Shown here: piece by piece, positions 1-12,359 of the stretch | Numbering within the stretch: the first letter of the stretch is position 1 | How the letters are laid out: each line of letters begins with the position of its first letter | NCBI RefSeq assembly: GCF_004010195.1 | Contig: NC_057718.1 | Coordinates: forward strand, 90,056,837 to 90,120,836 | Origin: Chiloscyllium plagiosum | Taxonomy: Eukaryota | Direction of reading: 5' to 3' | Length of the DNA: 64,000 bases | The notes under the pieces: generated by a model | Database searches by the model: none | What the model was told of the DNA's origin: nothing | Seen by the model: only the letters and a program-made list of their open reading frames with translations | Made by a program: the position numbers and the translations under genes

Positions 1-2211
1 ATTTCATTGTTTTTGTGCTCTCTGCTCCTTTTGTATAAACCCAAGAGTCCCAAATACATGTTTAGCAGTCTTCTCTGCCTGTACTGATCCCATCTAAAGA
101 TCGATCAACAGTTTTCTTATTCCTGCACTTTAAAATTGTGCTACAAAAATTCAAGAATCACTCAAAAAAACCTAGTTTAATTGCTGATTGTTGTTAAAAT
201 CTCATCTTGCTCACTAAGGTTCTGTGGGGAAGGAAGTTTGCAATTCCCAGCTGGTCTGGCCTTCCTGTGACTTCAGACCCGCAGCAATGCGGTTGATTTT
301 GTAACAATCAGGGATGGGTAATAAATGCTGGCCTAGTCAGTGAAGTCCACACCCCATCAATGAATAAAAAGATTGCTTGTTTAGCAGTCCTCTCAAGGAA
401 CACTGACCCTACCTAAATCTATATCCACAGTCTCTCTTGTTCCTGCACCTCATTTAAAATGGTACCGTGCATGAAATAGATTGTTATTTTGATAACCAGA
501 AATGTCAGGAAGAGAGACTTGTGAAGGAACAGAACACACTTAAAACAACCAGAAGGATTCCATTAGGGTTTGCGGTCTGAATAATAGAGAAGCCAGGATT
601 GTGGTGTGCAACGAAAGAGTCAGGTATGTAAATGGTAGTCGGGGTGGGAGGTTCTCTTTTTAAGAGTGTAGCTAACTACCCCAATAAAATAGATTGAGTG
701 ATGGATTCCTAAAACGCAACCATATGATAGTTGGGGCAGCGTGACATGCTCGTCAGAAACTGGAGGTGGGGATAGTGGGTGTTCAGAATGGAAAATAAAT
801 GGGAATGTTGTTAACTTATTAATATTTATAGAGATGGATCTGAATTTAAATGAACTGTTTAATATGTGAAATCCACCAGCCAGCTGTTACTTTCTCTCTA
901 ACCAAACCTCACCACATCCCACCTAGCTTGTCAACACTATGGAAATATCTACACTACATTCTGCCCTGAGTCTGCGCTTTTTGTAAGATGTAACCAGCTA
1001 TCCTGCTCAGTGTGTTGAGTTTGATTAGAAAGATCTAGGCTTGATTGCTGGTGAAGTGATGTTTGTGTCTAGCAGGCCTGATGCTGCAATGCTAATGATA
1101 TCTGCCAGTTGCATAAACTGAGCATGGATTTTGTGGTACTGAAGAATCTGACAGACATTTATTACAGCTAACTATTATGGGTAAACATTATTCTGCTTGG
1201 ACACCTAAGTGTATGGCCTAATATTAAGCTATTATGTTACACAGAGCAACATGCTTCCAGTATCATGATAAGCTTCAAGTGATCCTGACGTATGATGGAG
1301 TCTGAGACTTTTATACACTCAGGTCAAGTACAGTGATATAGTGATGATATTGTCATGATTGTGACTGTGGTGAAGAGAGCAGTGTTAATTAACACCAGTA
1401 TACCATGAGACATCACAAATGTATAAAGGGCCAATTGAATTACTAGGAAGGTTAATTTATCTGACTTTGACCACCATCGAAGTTTAAAACAAAACTCACA
1501 CCAGGTTTCATTAATAAGCAAGAAAATAAGAAATGTATTTATTATAAACAAACTTCACCTTTTAAAAGTGGCAAAGTAGATTATTAATTAGTAAGATGCA
1601 AACTTAAACTATATTCCCTGTAACCCTAACACACACACATTCATTCAGAAATAGTATAAACAAGACAAAAAGGGGTACAGAAATATAGTGGGTGGAAAAC
1701 ATGGGCAAAATTCTGTGAACCATGAGACCAAAACCACAAGGTTGGAATGAAGTATTTTCTCTCCTTTCTTTAGTGACGATTTTGATGGTGTTGACGATGA
1801 TGCAGTTGTCAACAACAGGAGATCATCGTTTTGGTAACTGGTCAGTTAGACCCAGATCTTTGCTTTAGTCAGAAATTCATTGTCTCAGAATCCTTGCGTG
1901 CTGGTTTCATCCGACTCAGGGACAGAGACGCAGAGAGAGAGGTATATCTTTTGTTGGCAGGTGTTCTGGAGGTTTGGATGCAACTACCTTCTCTCAGCCT
2001 TATGACAATCTGACATTTAACCATCCAAAAATTATTGCTAGGCGACAGTTTAATCTAAAGGTGCCTGGCATCTGCTTGTCTCATAAAAATATCAAGTCCG
2101 CCTTCTACAAAAGTTGCTCGACCTTGGAACTATTACGTGAACATCACCCAGTTCCATAGAGTCATAGTCATACCTGGCTCTTAAACATTGCAAAATGGAG
2201 ACCAGAAGTTG

Positions 2212-2236
2212 GACCCTTTCATCTTGCACTCATCAG
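2212..2236 (-). ncRNA. Degenerate hammerhead-like core (PLE family E)
   Basis: Minus strand reads CTGATGAGTGCAAGATGAAAGGGTC. Stem II is very weak. Confidence 0.4.
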
Positions 2237-2369
2237 AACTAGGATGCAAGAAGCAGAGTTGAAAAAAGAGCCCCATTTTATGTAGAGTAAGAAGAGTGTG
2301 CTGATTGGTTGGGCTATAATTGGCATGGAGATGCTGCAAGAGCAGTTAACTGTCAATCTTCATTGTCAG

Positions 2370-2544
2370 GCGAAAGTGAGGACTGCAGATGCTGGAGATT
2401 AGAGTCAAGAGTGTGGTGCTGGAAAAGCACAGCAGGTCAGACAGCATCTGAGGAGCAGGAAAATCAACATTTCAAGCAAAAACCCTTCATCAGGATGTTT
2501 TCCTGCTCCTTGGATGTTGCCTGAACTGTGCTTTTCCAGCACCA
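2370..2544. mobile_element. Short inverted PLE family A insertion
   Basis: Inverted arms. Perfect 16-bp TSD CAATCTTCATTGTCAG at 2354-2369 and 2545-2560. Confidence 0.85.
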
Positions 2545-3306
2545 CAATCTTCATTGTCAGACCAGGCAGGTAGATTCTGATTGGTCAGGACATTGCCAAG
2601 GAGTTTGACTGTCTCCGTGACTCCTCTATTTGATTAAAAAAATGCAATCTATGCACAAATTGCTTTTGCCTTTATAAAACAGGATCCAGTGTGTTTATTC
2701 CTACAGCTTCCAGCACTGCAAATGCATCAGAATGTGAGTGCAGCTGATGATCTTCAATTGGTCTCTGGTATAGCTCTAAATAGAGTCTGGATTATTCAGT
2801 AGGTGATTCCCTTTGGCAGAATCACATCTATTGGTAGATATATTTTTCTGAGGCTTGAAAACATAGGCCGTTTGAGCACATGTGGCATGATGCCAGCTAC
2901 AAATGGTCAACAGGATGAATTGTTTGTTATGGTCTGCCAGTCTTTGGGATGTACAGCATACATACCTGGCATCACTCTGGCATTGAAACTCATATAACAC
3001 ATCACTCATTTGTGTGGAGGTCAAAATGTCTTTTTGGCTTACAACAGGATCCTGTTCTTAGAGGAAACCACTTGTCGATTTATTGCATAGTTGCAGTATG
3101 AACCAGCCAGCTTCAACGAATCAAAGTTTTGAGATACCTTGCCCTTTCAGGGAAAGCTGAGGTAGACTGGCTACAGCTCAGAGCCAACAGTGATGGACTT
3201 GGTCCCTTTCGTGAGTTTGCACAATGATATGAAGAGTAATGATTTGCTCAAGATCTCCATTATCATGTGGGATAATGATTTGCTCAAGATCTCCATTATC
3301 AATTGG

Positions 3307-3722
3307 TGTCAGCCCAGATAATGAATTGAAGGTGTTAGCCCACTGTGTGCTACTGTCTGTGCACCTAACACCTTCAATACATTATCTGGGCTGACACCAA
3401 TTGTTAAAGTTCTCTTGAGAATGTAACTTTTTAAAAACGTTTTGCGATTTACATATGAAAGAAGTGAAACTAACATGATCATTCTAACAGATGAGAGACT
3501 TAACAAACAATCAAGGTATTTTTCAATGTATAATTTCAGTTACATCACACTGTAAACTTTTGCTATAAATTTTGTGTCCCCCAATCATGTACTCCACAAC
3601 CACCTGATGAAGGAGCAGCGCTCCGAAAGCTAGAGCTTCCAATTAAACCTGTTGGACTATAATCTGGTGTTGTGTGGTTTTTAACTTTGTCCACTCCAGT
3701 CCAACACCAGCATCTCCAAGTC
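3307..3722 (+). mobile_element. PLE family B 3' fragment with a short inverted 5' segment
   Basis: Homologous to 17056-18590. About 3307-3338 is the reverse complement of about 3366-3397. Contains a hammerhead core. Confidence 0.8.
3604..3632 (+). ncRNA. Minimal type-I hammerhead ribozyme core (PLE family B)
   Basis: CTGATGA A GGAGC-AGC-GCTCC GAAA GC TA. Confidence 0.7.
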
Positions 3723-3971
3723 CTGTGGAACTAACGCAGCGAATGAGATGTTTGACGTCCAAAAACCCCAGCCATCTTCCTATGAACTGGGAATGATCCC
3801 AAACTGCAGAGTGCTCTCCCTCACTTCACTTTCGCTCGAGCTGTTAATACCATACTCAGTGAAGTGCTTCAAATTGGAAATCAGGCCTGCTTTTCCTGTA
3901 CTCATCCCAAAAGTGAAGTATTTTATAAACATATGCAAAGTTCACCAATTTACATAGGTTTCAGACCCAGG

Positions 3972-4066
3972 ATTGAAAAATGTGTTGCTGGAAAAGCGCA
4001 GCAGGTCAGGCAGCATCCAAGGAGCAGGAGAATCGACGTTTCGGGCATAAGCCCTTCTTCAGGAAT
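3972..4066 (-). mobile_element. PLE family A single arm with an intact hammerhead core at 4035-4062
   Basis: Minus strand reads CTGAAGAAGGGCTTATGCCCGAAACGTC. Flanked by AGACCC(A/T)GGAT duplication. Confidence 0.8.
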
Positions 4067-4148
4067 TAGACCCTGGATGACATACAACAAAGACCAGGTT
4101 TCTGTACTTAACAACAATGACGATTTATTGTAAATCATAAGATCCTAG

Positions 4149-4382
4149 TTAAAAATCACACAACACCAGGTTATAGTCCAACAGGTTTAATTGGAAGCAC
4201 GCTAGCTTTCGGAGCGACGCTCCTTCATCAGGTGGTTGTCTTCATCAAGCATACTCCACAACCACCTGATGAAGGGGCAGCGCTATGAAAGCTAGTGCTT
4301 CCAATTAAACCTGTTGGACTATAACCTGGTGTTGTGTGATTTTTAGCTTTGTATACCCCAGTCCAACACCGGCTACTCCAAG
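4149..4382. mobile_element. Palindromic PLE family B insertion
   Basis: Inverted arms, intact core on the minus strand at 4203-4231. TSD TCATAAGAT(C/T)CTAG at 4135-4148 and 4383-4396. Confidence 0.85.
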
Positions 4383-4447
4383 TCATAAGATTCTAGGTAG
4401 TGGTAAACATTTATGAGACATCAACACCTAATTGTACTAGTTATCAC

Positions 4448-4925
4448 AGAGTCATAGTATTGTGCAGCATGGAAGCAAACATGCTGACCAGATATCCTAA
4501 GCTAATCCAGCCCCATTCGCCAGCATTTGGCCCATATCCCTTTAAGCCCTTCCTATTCATATACCCATCCAGATGCCTTTTAAGTTTGGATGGGTATATG
4601 AATAGGAAGGGTTTGGAGGGATATGGGCCGGGTGCTGGCAGGTGGAACTAGATTAGGTTGGGATATCTGGTCGGCATGGACAGGTTGGACCGAAGGGTCT
4701 GATTCCATGCTGCACATCTCTATGACTCTATGACTCTAAGTGTTATGATTGTATCAGCCTCCACCACTTCCTCTGGCAGCTCATTCCATACATGCACTAT
4801 TCTTAGGTCCCTTTTGTATCTTTCCCCTCTCACCTTAAACCTATGCCCTTTAGTTTTGGACTCTGCTACCCTGGCATTCACCCTATCCGTGCTCTTCATG
4901 ATTTTATAAACCTCAATAGCGTCAT
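4448..4925 (-). mobile_element. CR1/HER1 LINE 3' fragment with a second CR1 3' end (about 4586-4737) inserted in opposite orientation
   Basis: KGHRFKVRGERYKRDLR..WNELPEEVVEA peptide and (CTATGACT)n-type tails. Confidence 0.85.
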
Positions 4926-5685
4926 CTAACCCTACCTCTTCCACACACCAACACAGATACGCTCAGACAGGCACAAAAATAAAATGGATGCTGTGAGTAG
5001 ATGGAAAGACTGGGAAGGTGGTTCAATGGTCTCTGTCCATAGGGTTTTCTGAGATGATCCTTTTGACTTGTTAGAATGTTCTGTCCCTTGATCTTTCTTC
5101 TTTCGGTACTTTTGCTTGCAGGAGGCACGAGGTGACTGGTTCACACCTGTACAGTCTCTAACTTCTTAGTTAAAAGCCACAATTTATAGCAATGAATGAG
5201 GAAAGGTATGCTAGCTTTCTTCAGGCTTGAGGTGATTTTTAACGCAGAGAAAAGAGACTACTTCTTCCTTTTTCAGAGATCAGATAGCTTCTTACTAAAG
5301 GGTCACCCCCAGAATCTACTTGGGAGCCAGTCACGTTGATATTAGCAGTCAGAGGCCATTGGCAATAAGTCACCATTCCACAGACCAATCAGCTACCTGT
5401 TGCAAAGCGAACCTCCATTTGTACACACATCCTGTAACTAGACTCATCTGTAACTAGACTCTTTCTCCCCCCCCCCCCACCAACACCTCCCTGTTTGAAT
5501 AAACAGCACTTAAACTGAGTGTCACGTCATTTGTTTTTAAAAGTGGAGTAATCCTTTCCACACTAGTTACTTTTGAAAACAGTTCATTTTCCCTTTCAGT
5601 GCACAATCAGAAACAACATAAAAATGAAAAGACAAGGTCTTTACAATTCCCTGACATTTAAAGACCATACCTCTCAAGTTTTAAT

Positions 5686-5995
5686 AGAATCCCTACAGTG
5701 TGGAAACAGGCCATTTGTCCCGACAAGTCCACACTGACTCTCTGAAGAGTATCCCCAGACCCATTCCTCTACATTTCCCCTGACTAATGCAACTAACCTA
5801 CACACCCCTGAAGACTATGGGCCATTTAGCATTGCCAATTCACCTCATCTTTTGGGTTGGGGGAGGAAACTGGAGCACTCGGAGGAAACCCACGCAGATG
5901 TGAGGAGAATGTGCAAACTCCCACACACAGTTGCCCAAGGCTGGAATCGAACCTGGGTCCCTGGCGCTGTGAGGCAGCAATGCTGACCACTGAGC
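5686..5995 (-). mobile_element. HE1-type tRNA-derived V-SINE
   Basis: A/B-box-like tRNA head, V-domain (GGGTTTCCTCCGGGTGCTCCGGTTTCCTCCC), CR1-derived tail. Confidence 0.9.
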
Positions 5996-6784
5996 CTCTT
6001 GAAGGTCATGAGCCTGAATGACTGAGTAAATGTGGTCAGGATGAAGAGGTGATTAAATAATAGGTGACTCTCCCTCAAATTATTGCCTTATATAGATCTG
6101 AAATAGTCAGGATGAGGAGCAACAGTCGGGTTAGTTGTCAATTTGAGAATTCTCCAGCATCAACTACAAGATATGCCACATGACTGAATTCCTGATGATC
6201 ACATCAGTACTAGTTACCCTGATTCGAGCCCCTTGTGCAGTCTCGTTTGTTGCAAGTTCTTCCATTCACCCTCATGCTGTCAGCTTCCTCCTTCCTAAGT
6301 GCTTTCGGGGAGAGTGGCTAACAAAGTGCGAAACAAACCGATCTGCTGTGACTGAAAGTCTGGACGTTTGCCGTGCTAAAACTCTGCCAAGGACCAAGTG
6401 GTGACAGTGTGGTGTTACAGCGAGCTCAGTTACAGAGAGTTATATCAATTTGCACTTTTATTTATTAACAGATGGCAGTATGAAGTGGTAGTACAACTGA
6501 ATAAGCAATAAGCAAAAACTATTGTTGAATTATAAACAAACAAAGCAGATGGAATCGGAGGTTTGTCAAATTTAACATGTCAAAATAATCCCTGATCAGA
6601 AATTTGAAAATAAAACAGCAAATTCAACCACCACTAACATATTTGCTCAATGTTTAGAGATAGTGATCTTCAAGCAATGAACTTCAAGCAACCTCTACTT
6701 CTTTAACAATGCTCTTTCAGACCTGTCTGTCTCACCAAGGTTTTGACCAGCTGCCCCAGCAGCTCTTTATGTGGCTTGTTAATA

Positions 6785-7425
6785 ATAAGATAATGAGAGG
6801 ATTAGATAGGGTGGACAGTAAGAGCCTTTTTCCTCAGATGGGGATGGCTAGCACGAGGGGATATAGCTGTAAATTGAAGGGTGTTAGATATAGGACAGAT
6901 GTCAGAGGTAATTTCTTTACTCAGAGAGTAATAGGGGCATGGAACGCACTGCCTGCAACAGTTGTAGACTCGCCAACTTTAAGGGCATTTAAATGGTCAT
7001 TGCATACACATATGGATGAAAGTTGGCTCAGCGGTTAGCACTGCTGCCTCACAGCATCAGGATCCCAGGTTCAATTCCAGCCTCGGGCAACTGTCTGTGT
7101 GGAGTTTGCATGTTCTCCCCATGTCTGTGTGGGTTTCCTCTGGGTGCTCCAGTTTCCTCCCACAGTCCAAAGATGTGCAGGTCAGGTGAATTGGCAATGC
7201 AAAATTGCCCATAGTGTTAGGTGCTTTAGTCAGAGAGAATGGGTCTGGGTGGATTACTCTTCGGAGGGTCGGTGTGGACTTGTTGGGCCGAAGGGCCTGT
7301 TTCTGCACTGTAGGGAATCTAATCTAAAATGGAATAGTGTAGGTTAAATTGGCTTCAGATTGATTTCATAGATTGACGCAACATCGAGGGCCAAAGGATC
7401 TGTACTGCGCTGTTATGTTCTATGT
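6785..7425 (+). mobile_element. CR1/HER1 3' fragment interrupted by an HE1 SINE (about 7023-7326, +)
   Basis: KIMRGLDRVD...TRGYSCKLKG...FFTQRVIGAWNALP peptide. The SINE splits the 3' UTR. Confidence 0.88.
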
Positions 7426-7847
7426 AATCACACTGTGAGGGGCTTTGGGATATTTCACTAGCTTAAGGGTGTTATAGAAATGCAAATTGTTGTTCCCATA
7501 AATGGTGGGCCACAAATCGAATGCATGATTGAAAAGCCTGTTACAAAGTCAGCCATAATTATTAGATGACATTGAGATCCAAATGGGATCAGAATGGTGT
7601 GGCTTCCTCTAATTTAAAGTCATCCATTAAATAGCAGGGCAGGCTCGATGGACCGAATGGCCAACTCCTGTTCCTATTTTCCTGTGTCAGCTGTCGCTTA
7701 GTTGCCTCGCAGTCCAAGGTCTTGGGTACAAGTCCCATTCTAGGGATAGGACACAGACCCTCCAATGCAGCACCAAGGGAGTTCTGCACTGCCTTTTTCC
7801 TGGCCAACACTTATCCCACAATGAACTTCATTGTCACATTACTTTTT

Positions 7848-8200
7848 TTAAATTCTCTTATGGGATGTGGGCATCGCTGGCTGGGTGAGTATTTATTGCG
7901 TCATTGCCCTTGAGAAGGTGGTGGTGGTGGTGAGCTGCCTTCCTGAACCACTGCAGTCCACCAGGTGTGGGTTGACTCACAATGCCCTTTGGGAGGGATT
8001 TCTAGGATTTTGACCCTTTGGCAATGAAGGATGATGAGTGGTGTGGAATGGAGCTTGCAGATGGTAGTGTTCCCATGTATCTGTTGCCCTTGTCCTTCAA
8101 GGTGGGTGCTTCTTAGGATTATGGGTGAAATTGTGCAGTGCATCTTGTAGATCATACACCATAGATCAGTGCTACTGAATGTCAGTGGTGGAGGGAGTGA
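7848..8200 (-). mobile_element. 3' end of a second LINE family (CR1/L2-like clade uncertain)
   Basis: Homologous to 27760-28230, 49300-50025 and 62810-63195. IYKMHC peptide. Its tail is shared with the SINE at 8370 and 33063. Confidence 0.7.
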
Positions 8201-8369
8201 TGTTTGTAGGAGTACTGTTTCCTATTGTACAGGAGTAAATACAATTCAAAACATATTTCATTGGTTGGAAGGTGCTATGAAATGCCTGGTGGTCATGATA
8301 AGTGTGAAATAAATACAGGTTAAAAACAGGAAAGAACTGCGAATGCTGGAAATCAGTGGGAAGTGACTG

Positions 8370-8685
8370 TCAATCCAGAGACCCATTTAATGTTCCAGGG
8401 ACATGGGTTCAAATCATGCCATGGTGGATGGTGAATTTGGATTCAATAAAAATGTGGACTTCAGAATCTAATGATGGCCATCAAACCATTGTTGGCTGTT
8501 GGGAAAAGCCCATCTGGTTCACTAACTTCCTTTGGGGAAGAAACTAGTCATTCTTACCTGGTCAGGTTGACATGTGTCCAGCCCACAGCAATTTGATTGA
8601 CTCTTAATTGCTCTCTGGGCAATTAGGGATGGGCAATAAACACTGGCCCAGCCAGAGGTGCCCACATCCTCATGGGAGAATAAAG
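8370..8685 (+). mobile_element. Older tRNA-derived SINE
   Basis: GGGTTCAAATC B-box-like motif. Homologous to 33063-33400 and about 165-370. GGATGGGCAATAAA...CCCACATCC tail. Confidence 0.7.
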
Positions 8686-8739
8686 GAAATCAGAAACAAA
8701 AACAGAAAGTGCTAGAAAATCTCAATAGGTCTGTCAGCA

Positions 8740-9100
8740 TAGAGTCATAGAGATGTAGAGCACGGAAACAGACCCTTCGGTCCAACTCGTCCATGCCGAC
8801 CAGATATCCCAACCCAATCTAGTCTCACCTGCCAGCACCCGGCCTATATCCCTCCAAACCCTTCCTATTCATATACCCATCCAAATGCCTCTTAAATGTT
8901 GCAATTGTACCACTTCCTTTGGCAGCTCATTCCATACCCGTACCACCCTCTGCGTGAAAAAGTTGCCCCTTAGTTCTCATTTAGCGGCATCCAGTCATAC
9001 AACATGGAAACAGACCTTTCAGTCCAACCAGTCCATGCTGAATATAATCTCAAACTAAACTAGTCCCACCTGCCTGCACTTGGCCCATATCCCTCCAAGA
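8740..9100 (-). mobile_element. Two CR1/HER1 3' fragments
   Basis: Reverse complement of the CR1 3' UTR seen at 54272-54667. Confidence 0.85.
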
Positions 9101-9333
9101 GTTAAAATTTCAGATCCTGTGACCCTTCTTCAGAACTGGAAAAGGGTGGTTTTTATGCAAATAAATACAGGTCTTTTGTTTTAACAAAATGCTCTGAGAT
9201 TAGCGGAATATGGCATTCAATACCAAGGAAATTCCAAAAAGATATGACAGTGTGAACCGCATGTCCAGTTATAGTCAGGATTTTAAGGATGTAGTTTGCT
9301 CCATTTCACAAAGGTTTCCTTTTTATTTTCCAG

Positions 9334-9424
9334 TGGGTGAGGAACAAATCAGCTCAATAGGACGAGGTATCTGTGTGCTCCTCGGCATCTCGGTCGAAGA
9401 TACCCAGAAAGACATGGAGTATAT
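9334..9424 (+). CDS. DTD1: D-aminoacyl-tRNA deacylase 1, internal coding exon (equivalent to exon 2)
   Basis: ttttattttccag acceptor and GTGAGT donor. Translates (V)GEEQISSIGRGICVLLGISVEDTQKDMEY(M), matching vertebrate DTD1. 91 nt, phase 1 to phase 2. Confidence 0.96.
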
Positions 9425-9879
9425 GTGAGTGCCCTTTTAAAAAGAAAATGCTCTTGTTCAAGATAGAAATGTGTTAATGGAGATCAGGGCTGACAATGTA
9501 ATTATTGTTCATTGCTTTAATAGCTCATGATAGAAAGTGACCCTGTTATCGGAAAACCTTTTGATTGAAAATTTATTTGATAATAATTTATGCAACATAT
9601 TGTAATTGCTGAGCAAAGAGTAAGAAACTAGATCCTTATATAGCTTTTGAATCACATTTTCTTCTGCACAGTGGGCACTATACATAGCTGATCTCCAGTC
9701 TGCAAAAAATCATTTCCTCCAGACAGCAAGGCTGTGGGGAATCTATCATTGACTCAGTTTTTTTCACCTGCTGTCCCTTTCAGTGATAAAGCTATAAAGA
9801 GGCACTTAGAGCTACATCCTAACAATCCTCAGCAGAAGGGAGCAACTAATGGTGAATTTAACCATGAAACAAAGGACAA

Positions 9880-10720
9880 ATGCATCACGACTTGATACGT
9901 CAACTGTTCTGCCCAGGACCATACAAAACTACAGCGAGTTCTAAACAAAGCCCAGTCCATCACACAAGCCAACCTTCCATCCATTGACTCAATGTACGCC
10001 TCTCGCTGCCTCGGGAAGGCAGCTGACATCGTCAAAGACCCCGAGGTAAAAACAATGACTGCAGATGCTGGAAACCAGATTCTGGACCAGTGGTGCTGGA
10101 AGAGCACAGCAATTCAGGCAGCATCCGATGAGCAGCAAAATCGACGTTTCGGGCAAAAGGGCTTTTGCCCGAAACGTCGATTTTGCTGCTCGTCGGATGC
10201 TGCCTGAATTGCTGTGCTCTTCCAGCACCACTGGTCCAGAATCTGGTTTCCAGCATCTGCAGTCATTGTTTTTACCTCGTTGATTTTAACCCTACTGCGA
10301 ATCCTCTTGCAAGGATGCCTGCCTGGAAGACGTTTTCCTCCTCTCTCTGGCTCTCTTGCCTTTATTCCTGATGAAGGGCTTTTGCCCAAAACGTCGATTT
10401 TGCTGCTCGTCGGATGCTGCCTGAATTGCTGTGCTCTTCCAGCACCACTGATCCAGAATCATCAAAGACCCCTCCCACCCCTGGTTATAATCTCTTCCAA
10501 CCTCTTCTGTCAGGCAGAAGATATAAAAACTTAAACACATGTACCGACAGATTCAAAAACAGCTTCAGCCTCATGTTTTGAATGAACTTCTCAAATTTAA
10601 TATTGATCTCACTCTTTCTGCACCTTCTCTACAGCCGTAACATTGTATTCCTCACTCCGTTCTGTTGCCCTAATGCACTTTGTATGGTGTGATCTGCCTG
10701 TACTGCATGCTGATGTGCCT
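9880..10720 (+). mobile_element. Rex1/Babar-like LINE 3' fragment interrupted by a PLE
   Basis: Peptide KLQRVLNKAQSITQANLPSIDSMYASRCLGKAADIVKDP / ..LFQPLLSGRRYKNL..RFKNSF, typical of the Rex1 ORF C-terminus. Confidence 0.75.
10042..10457. mobile_element. Young PLE family A composite: 238-bp near-perfect palindrome plus a partial tandem copy
   Basis: 10042-10279 is self-complementary and a third arm lies at about 10365-10457. Flanked by ATC(G/A)TCAAAGACCCC duplication. Confidence 0.9.
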
Positions 10721-10728
10721 CATCTTAA

Positions 10729-11052
10729 TCATAGAATTCCTACAGTGTGGAAGCAGGCCATTTGGCCCATCGAGTCCACACTGATCCTCCAAAGAACATC
10801 CCACCAGACCCACCCTATCCTTGTAACCCTGTGCTTCCCATGGCTAATCCCCCGAGCCTGCACATCCCTGGACATTATGGTCAGTTTAGCATGACCAATC
10901 CACCTGACCCGCACATCTTTGGATTGTGGGAGGAAACCCACACAGATATGGGGAGAATGTGCAAACTCCACACAGACAGTCACCCGAGACTGGAATTGAA
11001 TCCAGGTCCTCAGCGTTGTGAGGCAGCAGTGCTAACCACTGAGCCACTGTGC
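10729..11052 (-). mobile_element. HE1 SINE
   Basis: Same consensus as the other HE1 copies. Confidence 0.88.
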
Positions 11053-11484
11053 CATTATGTTATTTATACTACCAGCAATAAAGATACAGAGGGAAAGGCA
11101 TTGATTGATTATTTTGAACAAATATAAAAAGAATTTGCTTTAATTTGGTGAGGTCCAGTTGGTGTTTTATTGGTTCCATTGCAACAATGCAGAAGTGCTG
11201 TTTATGTGTTTAATTATTTTCCATTCATTGGTTCTCTCCAAAAGAATATAAAGAAGGCATTGTGGGGACACTTTATGCTAATAGATAGGAGGCAGACATA
11301 GGCAATATAGCATTCTGTAAATTAACCAACTATCAAGAAGAAGATTTGCTATGATCTCGGACTAGATCACCAAGTTTACACTATAATCTGATGAGGGACT
11401 GATACCTTTATCTTTAAAGTAGACTAAAGGTGAGATACTGGGGACCTACTTAGACATTAAAGCTCCAAGATTTGAACAAACACC

Positions 11485-11612
11485 CTTGATGAAGGGCTTA
11501 TGCCTGAAACGTCGATTCTCCTGCTCCTCAGATACTGCCTGGCCTGCTGTGCTTTTCCAGCAACACACTCTCGACTTTGATCTCCAGCATCTGCAGTCCT
11601 CACTTTCTCCTA
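11485..11612 (+). mobile_element. PLE family A single arm
   Basis: TGATGAAGGGCTTATGCCTGAAACGTCG...CTCACTTTCTCCT. Confidence 0.8.
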
Positions 11613-12123
11613 ATATTCTTCACTATACTAGTTAGAACAATACTGCGATCTACAATACATGTAGACTTATTTTTTCATCCAGACTTAACATGTGGCAAAT
11701 ATCGGTAATGTGTTGTGATCAAATGCCCCAAGAGGACATAAAAATAGCAATTGTGCTCAGGGCAGATCCAATTAATCTTCCGGCAACTCCCCAAATCCCA
11801 GATTTTATCAATATGATGGGTCATCAAGTCTTATTAGTCAATGCATCGGTAAAAACAACAATGTTTCATTTACCAGTTGCCATAAGCTGCTGACAGTCAG
11901 ATAACCTTAAAGAGAGAGGCTGATTAATGACCAAAGTCAAGAGTTGATCATACTATTGTCTGAAAGAACACTGACTGCAGCCTTCATTCTCTCCTGAGAT
12001 TGAATTGGTGTGTGTGTGAGAGAGAAAGTGACGTGTAAGACATTTATATGACAATGACATCAGTGTCAAGGTATGTAAACTGATGGATTGTTTTCTTAAA
12101 TACTCCCATTGTTTTTACATTAG

Positions 12124-12359
12124 GGTTCGCAAGATCCTGAACTTAAGGTTATTTGAGGATGAAAATGGGAAGCACTGGTGTAAGAGCGTGATGGACAAGC
12201 AGTACGAAGTTCTTGTGGTCAGTCAGTTCACGCTGCAGTGCATCCTGAAGGGTAACAAGCCGGATTTTCACTTGGCAATGGGAGCCGAACAGTCGGAGAC
12301 CTTCTACAACGGCTTGTTACAACACATCAGGAAGGCCTACAAACCTGAGTTGGTGAAAG
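12124..12359 (+). CDS. DTD1: DTD1 internal coding exon (equivalent to exon 3) with the SQFTL motif
   Basis: ttttacattag acceptor and GTATGA donor. Translates VRKILNLRLFEDENGKHWCKSVMDKQYEVLVVSQFTLQCILKGNKPDFHLAMGAEQSETFYNGLLQHIRKAYKPELVK. 236 nt, in frame with both neighbours. Confidence 0.97.

Larger units (their letters stand above)
2190..3230 (-). mobile_element. Degraded Penelope-like element (family E): RT C-terminus, GIY-YIG endonuclease remnant and 3' end
   Basis: Minus-strand peptide TQMSDVLYEFQCQSDARYVCCTSQRLADHNKQ resembles the PLE GIY-YIG motif (VVY..C..C...YVG.T...L..R..QH). A hammerhead-like core sits at its 3' end. Confidence 0.75.

Noticed and set aside
3237..3301. 29-bp direct repeat TAATGATTTGCTCAAGATCTCCATTATCA
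   Set aside because: Simple local duplication at a junction between PLE fragments with no sign of function.
4149..4382. DNA-transposon MITE interpretation of the palindromes
   Set aside because: The arms are asymmetric, TSDs are long and variable, and the same sequence is attached to a GIY-YIG ORF end elsewhere, indicating a Penelope-like origin.
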